Assembly: GCF_964355755.1 (NCBI RefSeq)
Contig: NC_092675.1
Coordinates: forward strand, 7,869,812 to 7,933,811
From: Antedon mediterranea
Lineage: Eukaryota > Animalia > Echinodermata
DNA length: 64,000 bases
Reading direction: 5' to 3'
In this document: piece by piece, positions 35,991 to 49,900 of the stretch
Position numbering within the stretch: position 1 is the stretch's first letter
How the letters are laid out: each line of letters begins with the position of its first letter
Translations under genes and position numbers: made by a program
Notes under the pieces: generated by a model
What the model was told of the DNA's origin: nothing
The model's database searches: none
What the model saw: only the letters and a program-made list of their open reading frames with translations

Positions 35991-37401
35991 TTTACTTCAA
36001 CAGATGACCACAGCGTCGACTAATACCTGAATGCACATCCTAATCCTAAATTAAAACATGCATTTCAGGGAATTTATTAAAATTTAAGTTAATTTAAGTT
36101 TATCTTTACTGTGGTATTTTTGTAATGTAAGAGAATACTATTAATAATGGTGGATTGAGTTATTTTTGTAGTATTGTTGTATGGTCATAGGTACAGTACA
36201 GTGTTATTTACATGGCTGTACCTAGATGCATTAGTTACTGCAATAAAAATAATACATTATTCAGAAACCGTGTGTATACTTTATTTGGACATCTTTGCAT
36301 AAATTTCACACAGAAACTAAAAATATCACAATAATTATAAATACATATAATATAATAATTAAATTAGAAATATATATTTAAAATATCAACTACACTGTAC
36401 TATGTAAATGTGACGTCAGACTACGTATTGTCCCGAAATGTGTTTTAGTTTGAATTACATCAAGACAATCGTATTGCCTTGATTACATGAAGTAGGCCTA
36501 TAGTTGTTGTTTTTTTCTATGAATGGAATATAAAACCAAAAATACTACTATTAACATTCTACATTATGCTAGTAATAAAAAAGAAACAAACATTGTTTGC
36601 GTATATACTTCAAATTAGGCCTAGAATTCTGTTTAGGCTTAGTTATTAACCCGGTAAGTTAGCTCCAACCGGTATCCAACTGTGTGCTTGAAAGCAACTT
36701 ACCCCCGGGTAAATAGGTAAGCCTGAAAGCTGAACTGGGCAAAAGACTATTAGTGTCGGCTGGTATCTTGTTTATATGAATATCGTGTATATTTTTTGTT
36801 AAAGCAAACTTTGATTTTATTTCATATCTTGATAAATAAGGAATGAAAAAAAATATGTTGCCATTTTTTCTAAAGACATTTAAAGGACCAAATTCAAGAT
36901 AGCCGCCAACATTCAAATAACCTTATTTAAAATCAGAATATTACCAATAACACAAAAGAAAAATGGCAACATAATTTTTTTATTACTTTACATCCTAAAG
37001 ACACTAAATCAGCTGGAATTTTGCTTTTAACAAAAAATGACACGAAATTACATAGTGACCTACATTATATTGTCTACTTATGGTTAGACAGGCCCATTTC
37101 AACAATTGTGTCTATATTATATTATATAAATCGATTATGTAGATACGACTTTGCTGGTTACCAAGAAACCACCTTTGTACACGCTTTTCTTTGAAAGTAT
37201 TGTATAATATCTGTCTATGCTTACAGTATGTTCGTCCTTTCAGAAAGTAGAATGATTAAATTCGAAAAATGATCGCAACAATAGCCTCATTATTACATTA
37301 TTACTACACTTTATATTCGTAAATGGAAGATAACGAATAGGCCTAGGCAGGGAAATAATAATGATTTTATAATAATTAGGCCTACGTTTAAAGAAACTAA
37401 A

Positions 37402-37558
37402 GATTGGGTCCCTGTAGGACGCAACGCAAGGACGTACGCGCAACGCAAGCGAATTGACCAATCACAAGCGAAAATTCGGATAATCCATCGCTTGTGATTG
37501 GTTAAATTGCTTACGTCGCGCTTACGTCGTTGCGTTACGTCCTAGTGGGAACCAAGCT
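37402..37558. mobile_element. MITE family A copy
   Basis: TAGGACGCAACGCAAGGACG...CCTAGTGGGAACCAAGCT|TAA. Confidence 0.8.
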
Positions 37559-37999
37559 TAAGTAACGTTTTGTTAGCTTTTATATATTATTATTATTATT
37601 ATATGCAATAAGATAGGCCTATGATGTGATGTTATATAATAATGACGTAATATTATATTATCAGCTAGTGTGTTTGAATATATCATTGTAAAAAAGTGCA
37701 TATAGGCCTACACAAATTATTTACCGTTACCTCGCGTGTTTTACAATAGTATTATTAACAGCAGCTATTTGATTATACGAAACATTAAGCAGCAGATATG
37801 TTTAGCCATTGGATTTCGAAAAACAACCTTCTGTTTTGTGGTGAAATATTTTAAGTTACCAAGTACGTCAGTCGATAATCTGTTCACAGCGACCTCTATC
37901 ACAATTATCGATTTGATGATACTGTACGTTATTCCATTTAATTTGATTACAGTTTTATCTTAATTATCATTAATATTATTCTTGTGCTGTTATGAAGTC

Positions 38000-40900
38000 C
38001 TATTCGTTGTGAATCATCTTTCGAAACTCGCCGTTTTTCAAGAGGGCCACAAGATTCTGCATGTTGGAAGACGAAGACTGACTTGTACCACTGTTCACTT
38101 CATTGTGAATGCGCTGTAAAAAAAAAAAGTTTAATCAATCCCACCCGAATACAATAAAATACATAGGGGACACCTACAGGACTCAGCAAAATGTCCTCTA
38201 AAACTTTCCATTAGGACGCAACGCAAGGACAAATGATTTTACCAATCTCAAGCGATGGATTATTCGAACACACGCGTGTGATTGGCCAACTCACTTGCGT
38301 TGCGTTTACGTCCTTGCGTTGCGTCCTAGTGGGAATCAAGCATGACTTGAGAATGTTCCTCTTAGTGTTAAAATGCCCCTCGTTCGGTCAAAGCTCCTTA
38401 TAGGCGTTTTCACTAAAAGGGTGTGTCCCAATGGCTAGGTTTCTAGTGTAGGCCCTATATGTACCTTCGTCATCATCATCATCATTGTTAGTAATTTGCA
38501 TAATCATCTTTTTAGTCATTTAGTATCATATTATACATAACATTAAGTAAAATTAGGGTATATTCACAAGACTTATAGTTGTTATTGACGTTAAGCTGTA
38601 AGTATAATACAAGATATAATACCTATAGCTAGGACAAAGCTTACCTGGCTAATGACCAGGAAATTTCGCTTATTCCGAGGCCTCCTTTTAAGAAAAGGAA
38701 CTCCCCATTTGTGCATTGCAAACTCACAGAGCAAAAGAAGGAATCCCGTAAGTATACCTAATATCAGCATTACTATTAATCCTGCAAAATAAAGTTTTAG
38801 TATAAATATGAAATAATAAAAATAATAATATATCCGAAGGCAAGTTACTGTAAAAATTACAATGCTGAGGATATCAGTGGATCTCAAATAGAGATAAAAA
38901 ATTAAACAAACACTGAAAATATGACAATGCTGGGGGTATCAGTGGATCTCAATGGAGATAAAAAATAAATAAACACTGAAAATATGACAATGCTGGTGGT
39001 ATCAGTGGCTGGAACTCAATGGAGATATGAAATAAAATAAGGACTAAAGCTAAATCAAAACGATAAAAAAAAAACAAGAACAAATTGTAGAGCTTTTTGG
39101 GCAACAGAAGCTTTTCATCTGTACAAGTGAAATAATAATAATAAACATTACGTAATAGTATACACAGAACCCTTTTATTGGGACAGCTCATTCAATCAAG
39201 GAGGAGACCCCTATTTAAGGGAAACACACGAGGAGGAGCAGTATGTTTTAAAACTGCAGCCATTTAAGATTACAACCCCCCCCCCCACCCCCTTATAGGA
39301 CACTTTGCCGCGTCCCCGGAGATGTCCCCTTAATGTTCAACTGTAAGTGTCCCTGCAGCGTTTTTTTTTCGTACTTAAGTTGGGGACCCCATTTGAAAGA
39401 TAGCCGAACTATTTCCTAAACATAACTAACTCAACCCTCTAAATAATCTCTCTCTCACTCTATAAAGTAAAAGAAGTAGTCGAACCCCATACACCGACAT
39501 GTAAAGTCCATAGTCTTATCTACTCGACTACACAGACGGCTCGACAGAAATTGTTTGATTAGCGAATTGTAGTTAACTAAATTCTTACGTTACACCATGG
39601 ATATGACTAATGGATATTCATGTTTATTTTGTGATTTTTCACGAGGGGTCCCCAACTTATGCATGAAAAGAAATATCGAGTCCCTTCACCCTTTTTTCTA
39701 AATTATCTTTTTACTCTATTACAATATTATTAGCCCTACTAAATACAATTCTATGTTCTTTAATTGGGTATCTGGGCGTACTTTCTTTACTCATCATCGC
39801 AATATAGGCCTATATCGGCGTACAAAATCAGAGTAGGCACGTAGTTTTACCTATAAAAGCGTGTTCGAGTAATGGATCATGTTTACCATGTAAATGTTCT
39901 ATAAGATATACCTGTCACGTGTTTAACTGTCACACTGCTATCATTACCCCCAGTTTGGGGATTTAATACGTCCTCTTTTAAACAACCTATAGAATCGAAC
40001 CATTTCCGGTGAAGCTGTTCCAGACGTCCATCCATCTCATATTGAAGTAGAATTGTTGATAAAGGCGTTTTTAATGTGGAACCTAATAAACCAATGGGAA
40101 AGAATATGATGTCACACTATTAACCATACTATAATAATCAATCAGTTAAAACACTTTTTGGTATAAACATTGTTTTTAATCGGAATCTTCTATTTTTATA
40201 TATATCTGTTTTTGTGGAAGATGGTTTTATTGTTTTTAATTGAATATTTTTATATATTTTATCTGTATTTATATAAATGAAATATTCAAATTTACTCCCA
40301 GTGAGACACAGATGTCTCTTTTATGTGTTTTTGAATACTTAAGTGAAATGAAACATCAGCACGGTATTACAGTTCATATATTCAAATCTATGAGTGTCTC
40401 TGTCCTATTCATCGACTCTTCTTTTTCAAAAGAATAAATTTCATGAATCCACCACTGAGCTGCACAGTATTATCTCATTATACAAATCAGTATACTCATA
40501 ATATTATTATTGACCTCGTACTCACCTTATTTATATTTCATAGCATTAGAATAAAATCAAATTATACCTGATTAACACTCATAATTAAATTATAATTCTC
40601 TTCAGTCGAGGAGAATCGCCAGGGGCGTGACACAGATGGCACTAAACTCGTTATAAGGACCTACATTAGGAAGACCTTTACAAAACGATGCTTGAGCTCA
40701 ATGAGTTATCTAAACATAGTGGTATTAGAGGAGCAGAAATTAAAATTAAATTGATCCTTAATTTCCGGTAGTAGACCCACTGTTTTCCATGTCATGATGT
40801 CATTTCACAGTTTACAGTATGCTTAGGCCTACATGCGTTTATTTGTCATTATTTACTTGTTTTCATGTTTATCTGTTTCTCTTTTTCTGTTGATTGTTCG

Positions 40901-43900
40901 CTTAGAGGCGCCCTGCATTTTACATTATATTACATTATATATAATTATATATAGGCCTATATCATTATATTAAATATGACATTTATTTTTATTAAATTAA
41001 ACTGTATTATTATTATTATTTGTGTGTGACCATCACTGTAATTTTTGCCTTTATATTACAACTTCTTACACAAAAGTATGTTTCATTTATTTATTTGGGT
41101 CTAAAGATCCAGTTTTAAGGTTTCAAAATGTTTGTCAAACGGCGACGCAAAATATATAGCTAATATTGTTAGCTATCATAGACTATTGCTATATTATTAA
41201 TTTTGCTATTAATAGGCGAACCTAGCTAATTTTTAATATGTATTTTTAGCTTTTATCGCCCATCTGTGACGATCACCTTAATTTCAGAACACATTCTAGA
41301 TCACTCGTCAATTACGAATTCAATGCTAATAGTTTTATTTTACAGCATGACGTGTAGTGAAAGCAATATTATTTACCTGATAAAAAAAAGCATAAATAGC
41401 AAACGAATATAAAGCTCTGTCTACACTATCGCACTAGTTTGACCGAGAAAGTGTGAATTTCTCAAATATGGCAGTGATATGCTCAAATATGGTAGTGATA
41501 TGACATCATTGTGTCCATATATGGGCACATCACATGTTTTTGTTACATCAAGTTTGATAGTGTAGACAGAGCTTTAGACAGGCCTAGAAAGATGTTAGAG
41601 TCGTCACGGAATATATTAAATGCAGACTTCTTGCATATAAACTGGTGTACTTGAATGGAATATTTCTTAATGCTCACATTAATTTGTCTACGGCCTTCCA
41701 ATTGTTTATTTACATACATTCAACTAATGTTTTTAATCGCGTGCAACGCGACTCTACAGTAGTAGTCGGTTGGTTGGTTGGTCGGTCGGTAAACACTAAC
41801 TTGAGCACGCGACTGCAGCCATGTCTATGGCCTTGTTAACAATAATAGACGTACATAATACTAAATGTTAAATTGTATTGGTATTACTATGCACAGCCCA
41901 GGGAAGAACAAACATGAATTGAGCCTCTGTGCATGGTTAAATAAAGTTGAATTGAAATTAACTGAATTGTGAATAAATTCAAGTTAGCGACTTACCTTTA
42001 GGTAGGCCTATCCCAAAACCTTCTTCTCCAAAAGAACTACCGACACTGACAAGTTTGCAATCAGGGTCATTGGACATCCTATAGTCGATTATTGGTGAAT
42101 CATACAAAAACACGTCTATGTCCCCATTCCTTGTTGAAAAGGAAACGATTTTAGCTACTGAAATACGTGATAAGCAAGCCTGACATTTGTTTTTTTTTAA
42201 TAGAGGCCTATGATATTCTAAGTTGACTCTGTGTATGATACCCTGACTCTGGCCCAATATTTCAGTTGACTATGTGGCCTAGAGTTGACTAGAACGACAT
42301 GCATCTTTACCAGATTTCAATGTGGTTTGATTAAAATTCTGAAGACCTTTTCTTTCCTCAGGCGGGTCTTGCCAAATCACTGACTAAATCAGTTAGATCC
42401 ACATTATAAATAATTTGCGAGATTACCAAGTTATTATTAAGCGTACTGTATGTGTGTCAATTCTGGGAGCAAACAAGGATTTGAACCTAAGACCTTGTAA
42501 TTATTCATACCGCCAACCTATTATATGTACAGTTAGAACATCAGGGACACCTCTATTTAGAGGATACTGTACCGCTATCTCGTACTATCTGCAGTAATTA
42601 TTTGTGAAAACATGATTTTTAAAAATACCTTAAACTTTGAATAGCTTGCTCTGTTGAAGGCTGTACAAAATCGTCCATAAATCTATCGAGGCCTGGGTTC
42701 AACCTAGCTAGATAGGACTGAATGCTGCTACCCGTCACAGTACCAATGTTAATCTCTCCAGTTGGATTTCTCAACTATAAACATTTTAAAACAATAACAA
42801 ACGTTTCTATCAATATAATTGTTGTGTAGAAAGATGTTTTGCCAAACTCTGACGTAATCGTACCGAATGTTTAGTACATTTGAGAATAGTTGTGAAAAAC
42901 ATTACCTTTTTTCTCGGGTGGGATATTCAATTTGTGCGAGTTTGATGAAACTACGTCAGTTATTACGCGAGTACGGTAATATACATAATAATACTAATTA
43001 TTATTATTATCCTACTGTATTGTATACCAAAAGAATAAATAACAATATCTATGCAAATCACACCGATTTCTGTACAGTGTCGTATCTAACATAACGACAG
43101 GATATACGGATCTGTTGATATGTCCCTAGACAAAATATCATACGAGAATCGGATGCCTTTAAGTTTAAAAGGATGTTTGGTGTAGGAGTACTATCAGTGT
43201 ATAATATATTGATATTTTATGCTATAGTATTAATACTTTCTGTTTACATTCCAACGTGTCATTAATATGCAATGAACGTCAAAAGTGGCTTATTTAACAT
43301 GTTAATGCCGACAATTAGTCTAAAAATAACAATCCATTTTTATAACTCATTACGTTTCAAGTCGTCACATTATTTACACGCGTCATATGAATTGCCTCAG
43401 TACTGACATTATTTTAATATCTTTCGGTCTAAGAAAATACACCATGCACAAGTGAATAATGGTATTAAGTACCGGTAATATATAAGAGAATTTAACTAGG
43501 TAATTCGAGATCAATTGACTTTACCCGAAGCCTAATGTTTCATTTGACCTAGGCCTATGTAAATGTAAAATGTATAATTTAATGAACAGCCGTCACAACT
43601 TACAATTTTATATTGAACATTGTCTTTAATTTAATTACAAAAAAAGATAGTTTAAGCCTTATAATTTATTGGTCCGTGGTTTAGGATTTGCTTGTCTAGA
43701 CATACAGGTAAGCCGGCATTATGTAAAATACATGCATTTTCAACTGGCAATTTTGGAAGGCAAAATTTAAGTTTTCTTATATTGTCCGTATTACCATACT
43801 TTTAGTTTTAGATGGTAATACAACTGTGATTTTTTCTAATAGTAGCCATATTAATGTAATGTCGTCCTTCTGTTGGATTGAACCATGCAATTTAGACAAA

Positions 43901-46900
43901 ATGGGGAACAACAGCTTGCTGAGATGTGCACAGAGAGTTTCTATTAACATGGATTACTTTATATTTTTAAACTATAACATACGGTAATAGCATATTTACG
44001 TTTTTTTAGACGATCGACGACCTAACCTTTACACGCATATTGCGTCGTCTGGAACCCGCCATGTGGAGTAAAATGTTTTCAGTATCACTATGACTTAACT
44101 AGTTCCTATGTCTATAGGCCTAGGTGTTGCAAATCGAGAGTTATCTAAAAAAAAAACTAACCTTAGGGTCATGTATTCCATCGATCTGTAAATACGACAT
44201 CTGTCCTGCTAAGAAGGCAGCCAAGTTAGCTGTGTAACTTGCGAAAAATATAACAGAAAATCCGCCCCACATATTTAATAAAGTTCTACTTGTCATACAC
44301 TTTGGTGGTTTTGTTCGTACAGTATGGCAAAATAATATCGCAAATGTTATATTTAAGGCAGATGGAAAACCAAATATATACTTTCTATTTCGGCCACCCG
44401 GATGAAGTCCATACGGACTGACCCATTCGAAGACCGTTATGGCAAATGATATAACAATGGCGGACATGAAAATAGTCATCCATACATATCCGTCTAATGG
44501 GGCAAGAAAGGCACCGAAAGTAAGCTCCCGTTTTTTCTTAGCAACCAACGCAGAAAAACCAGAATGGAAGAATGGCGCTGTGAAGTCTATGACCTCACTA
44601 CGTTCCAATGTTATACTGAAGGAAGAAATGGCAATATCTGCTTTTCCGTAGAGAAGATCTCCAACCATTCCATTCCAGCTGCCGTTCTCTAAAGCGCCAT
44701 GATTTTTATCTGCAACGAGATACAACTCATAGGTAATTTCTAGATCACGACTGATGTCGTTTAAAAGATCAACACAAAGTCCCAAACAACATCGTCTATT
44801 GGCGGTGGTGATGTTATCCTCTGACACGTGTGTCTTCAGTCTATGGATCGTTCTGCTAATATCCAGACGATCGTCATCCATTGTCGTTTCAATACACATT
44901 GCGCCAGTAACGCAGTCAAAGTCTTCAGAATCTGTTTCTGCGTAATACAAAAAAGGCTTTTCTACATTTGTAGCAACTAGAATACTATGAGTATCAATAC
45001 CAAATGGACGGTCTTTTTTGCCTGGCCATACTAGCGTATCAAGTATTAAGACTCCGTTATCCCATTGTCCAACACCTTTCCACTGTATGCTAGAATTGTT
45101 TTTTAAATCTGCCATTAAATTCAAAATACGATAAGACGCATCGGTTAGATCGCCATCTTGATCAAAATTCACATTTCCTGTAATTCCATTAAATGATGTC
45201 TCTAGTAATTCCCTTAACGATAAAAATGAAAAAGAACTTGAATTAGAAACTAAACTACCTAAAATATGAAATAAATGAACATATTTCCTAAGTGTTAGAC
45301 TAGTTTGAGTACCGTGTGTATCTGCTGCATTAGTAAGGGCATGTGGCGCAGTGTGTTGGACGTTCGACTACTGATCGTGAGATAGCGGATCGAATCCAAC
45401 TCTGTCGCATTGCTTGTTTCCTTAGGCAAGATACTTTACTTACGTTTGCCTCTCTCCACCCAGGTGTATAAATGGTTGCCCGGTTAGATCAAGACACAAC
45501 TTTGCGCCGATTACTAGCTGCATTATAGGAGTATACGTGTTTGATATAAAAATAATATTAGAGGTTTTACAACATTAGGCGCTATATATTTCCATAAAAA
45601 GAATAAATATCGTAAATTTTTAAACGAAGAAAAACATAGTTTATTAAATGTTGAATTTTCATAGTTCAATATTGCTGAGTTTTAAGAGTCATTTGGGCTT
45701 ATTGAATTACGTTATAATATTACTATCGTAACGTATGAGCATAATGCTATCTTAATTGACCTATTGTGAAGTTTGAGATTTGTTGTACGCTGGAGAATAG
45801 GAGAATTATGCGTATCTGGTGCCTGCGTTTCATGAAAAAGATTCGAATGTCTACTGATGTATACACATTGATTTCCATATATGATTGCATAGGCATTATG
45901 CGCATATCAATGCAGCGCATAATTCAGTTCTTAAAATAAAGACTGTTTCATTGGTGGTTATCTGCAAAACGTGAATAAAAAAAATGAAAATTGAGTGAGA
46001 AAGTTACGAAATATAGTAATATGACTAACTAATCGAAAGCTTCCTATAAGATGAATTGAAATATGTTATTATAAAATGTACTAGTAGGAATCCACTATAG
46101 TAAATTAATTGATAAAATCTTTATTACTTGGTAAAATGCTTCCAACGCATTTTTCATGTATACTTCTTTCTTATTCTTTTGTATGCAAAGTTTATTGATA
46201 TATTATGCGATGATTCATTATATTCCAAAATAAAAAGATGAATGTGATAACACTCATTCATCTTTTTATTTTGAAATATAATCAATAATCACATAATATA
46301 TCCATAGCAACAAAAAAAAGGCGAATCGTACAGATGATAGCAAACAAAAAAGTTGTTGTAGTTGTACAAAATTAAAGAAAAAAAAAGAGAGAATTTACAC
46401 TTTTTTAGAAACTGAAAATTGACTTTCTCATGAACTCATCAAACTGATGGAACATTATACATGCTAGCACTACAATTTGTAGGCTATTTCACCAGCAAAC
46501 GCAAGGAATTGTTATACCATACTTTCAATGATTAGTGCTCTTATTATACGTCCACAATTTTCAAGATTTCGTCCTGATAACATGCCTATTTATTTTCAGA
46601 AAAATCGATATATTGTGGACGTCACAACGATTATTAAAATCTCGAATTATCTGTATCTTCAACATGGGCCAAAATATTACATAGCACGTCCTCTGTCGCT
46701 CTCTGTAACTTAGAAAGTATTTCTGAACGCTAATTTATTTTTATTATTATGTATTTACCGATTTAAAAAAACAAACAAAACAACTTACCTATATAATACT
46801 ATACCATTGTTATTAGATCTGCCTGTGCTCACTACTGCTTCGTGGCAATCAATATTATTTAAACTAACATTTACCGTAGTAAGAGCTTTTGTCATAAGTG

Positions 46901-49900
46901 TTTTTATATCTTGAAAACTGTCATTTACATTTCCACGTTCTTGAAGCATTAATGATATTAGGCCTTCGGGGTACCGAACTAATATACTTTCATTGGAAGT
47001 TACTACTGACTCTGTTGCTATTAAAGCGTATCCGTTACTAAGAACATCAGTTTGTTTTGCAATTTCAAAAAGAACCGCTGCTTCTTCTGGAGTGCAATGA
47101 ATAATCACTACACGAATATTTTCAATTACTAATTGTCTCAATGCATTTACAACATCCTCTCCGTCCTCTTTGATTGTGAAGTAATCAACAAAATCCCAGA
47201 CGGGTGAAGACCTTGTTAAATTCCTAAGTTCTTCAACAAAAAGTTCGGTTGATGATGATCGACTACCAAGAAGTGCAAATCGATAGAGGGCGTAGCGTCG
47301 AAGAAGACTCAAAATGACCTCTGCTTGCTTAGCTTCAGACGTTGCAAAACGAAGAAATAAAGGATGGACTTCCTACAAAATAAAAGAAGATAATACTATT
47401 TAGTTGAGACTTGAACAAATCTACATTTTGTATTTGAAGTACTCCTGACGATTACGTATAAATGGCCATAGACAAACCATAGTTATTATTGATTGTAAGT
47501 GGAGCAGTAGACTTCAACAATGAAGTTTGCTCCTAAATGGAAGAAGAAGTTAAAAAGTGGTTGAAAGAATTTGGAAAATCATACTACACCAATTATGATG
47601 GTGATGATGATATATCAGTATAATATTAATGACCATAATTGATGTCCATAACAATAATGCATTGTAATGTAATGTTTATTGCTGCATATTAAAATACGGT
47701 ATATCGTATAGCCTACAGTAATACATTTCAATATTTCCATGTACCTTCTCCATATTTACGCTAAAAGAACGCCAAGCGATCTATTACCAGCGATCTATTA
47801 TCGACTGCATGATGCTAAATAAATCAGTGGCGGCGTCGAGATTTAACTAATTTTTTGTTGTATTTTTTATATTTGCGATATTGATTTTACTTCTAAATAA
47901 ACAAAATATTCACAATTACTATCGATATTGTAAATAGCATTAGCCAAAAATATATTTCAATATAGTTTGTCAGGCTCTGAACTATACATGTTGTAATGAA
48001 AGGTCATAAACAAGCAGCCTGCATTTTACGATCAGTAGTATAAACAGGTATTATTATAACTTGTTAAAAAATGTTCGTAATTGATTAAAGAACACTGTAT
48101 AAAATTATACTCTTTTCACTCTAGAATTTAACGACGTTCATAAGCTTAGTATGATCAGGGAGTTGTTATTATGATATACATTCCATTATCATTCGCAATA
48201 TGTAAATGTTGTTTCCAGTAATTATATTCTGCATACATATTAACATTGAAATGCAACAACAAAGTAATAAAGCAATTGTGCATTGCAAATAAGCAATATG
48301 TTTTAATGTGATATCACGGTTCTTTATGATGTAACAAGATGATTCAGATAATGTTATATTTGATCAAAATAGTACAGTCGACGTTCTTACTAATTTACTT
48401 TATGTTATCAAAAATACTAGTTAGAAAATGTTAGCATGTTTAAGATATAGTTCGCCTGCTTTGCTTGTTCATTTAAAATAGGCCTATCGCATTTGTTTTG
48501 GAAATCTTATTTTACCGTTGTCTTGATGTCTTTATAACATTTTTTTTTCGATCTAATTTTTGGTCCAACTGAAAACAACTATTGCACCATTGAAATGGCA
48601 TATTCAAGAACAAAAGTTGTAAAAATGATTTTGTTTAGGGGGACATTCTTTAAGGAAAATGATCACAATCGTCGCCGCCTGCAATAAACGATTTCACACG
48701 CAGAGAGCGAAAGCCGTAAACTTGCCTAGGTCGTCTTAGGCCCATGTTCTGTAGATAAACAATGAACTGTCGGATTTGACGACCAATGAAGCGTGGCGGG
48801 TGGTAACATTGCTATGTAGATTATGAGTAGGTGCTACGCATCAATAATTAAGATTATTAACAATAGCACATATGAATTCTCTAGAATCGTACTTTGCTTA
48901 TCATTATTAAGGTCGTACAAAAATACTATGGTGGAATAAGGAATTGTTATAAGAACAAAAATGATTGCGATTGAGTTTGACACTTATATAATAGTGAATA
49001 AAGTATAAAGAATACTCCCATGGCAAATGGATACTATACATCCAGGGTTAATCATTTGAAGAAGTACTTAACGAAGATCGTTAGAATTCGAGACTATAAA
49101 TTCTCCTGACTATTATATTTGTCAATGTGATTCTGCTAATGAGAAGGAATTTATAATATTCATCCTTGATATATGAAAATCCAATTACTTTTGTAAATGC
49201 TTTTGCTTCAAAAAATGTTAATATCGGCGTTATTGTTGAAGTTATCGCAGCACCAATTGGTGAGTGAACATGCACAGCTAGTAAACTCATTACTCTCAAT
49301 TTGTAAGTTTGAATTAACGTTGCTCCAATTGAACATAACTCACGTCCTTCCCGTGCACATTCATATGAAAATAGAAAATGTTAACAAACTACCAGTAAGC
49401 TGTTTAAAACATGAGGCCTCTTTATTATTTATATGCCATCAAATTCATAATTTAACCGGACAAATTCAGTACTATATTGGTTGAAATATGTGATTAATTG
49501 CTATTGTACTGAATTAAAAAATAAATACAATATTTAGGCCAATAGATAATAAACAACAATTAATTTATCTTACTACTGTATAATTTTTTATGATAGGTAA
49601 TTAACATCATCCATGTTAGTATTTATATTCTTATTATTTATTACCAAAAAAACCAAAAAAACAAAGACCACTAAAAGTTGGTAGGAATAAAAGGAAACTG
49701 AATACTTGTATTTCCCATTTGCCCAGAAGATAAACGATTATCATAAATATATCAAAAATTGTTGTCTGTTAAATTGCATTATTTGCTTGGCCTAGTACTT
49801 TTTTTTTGTACAGAAATTTAATGTGAAATTCGTTTAACAAAAGTGTAATAAGTGGGCATCCTCTGTCTTTTTCAAATCTTCTTTTAAAACCAAAATCTTT

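Noticed and set aside
36780-37050. Imperfect inverted repeat (also 56755-56960 and a hAT-like remnant at 3720-3895)
   Set aside because: Probably decayed TIR elements, but boundaries and TSDs could not be defined.
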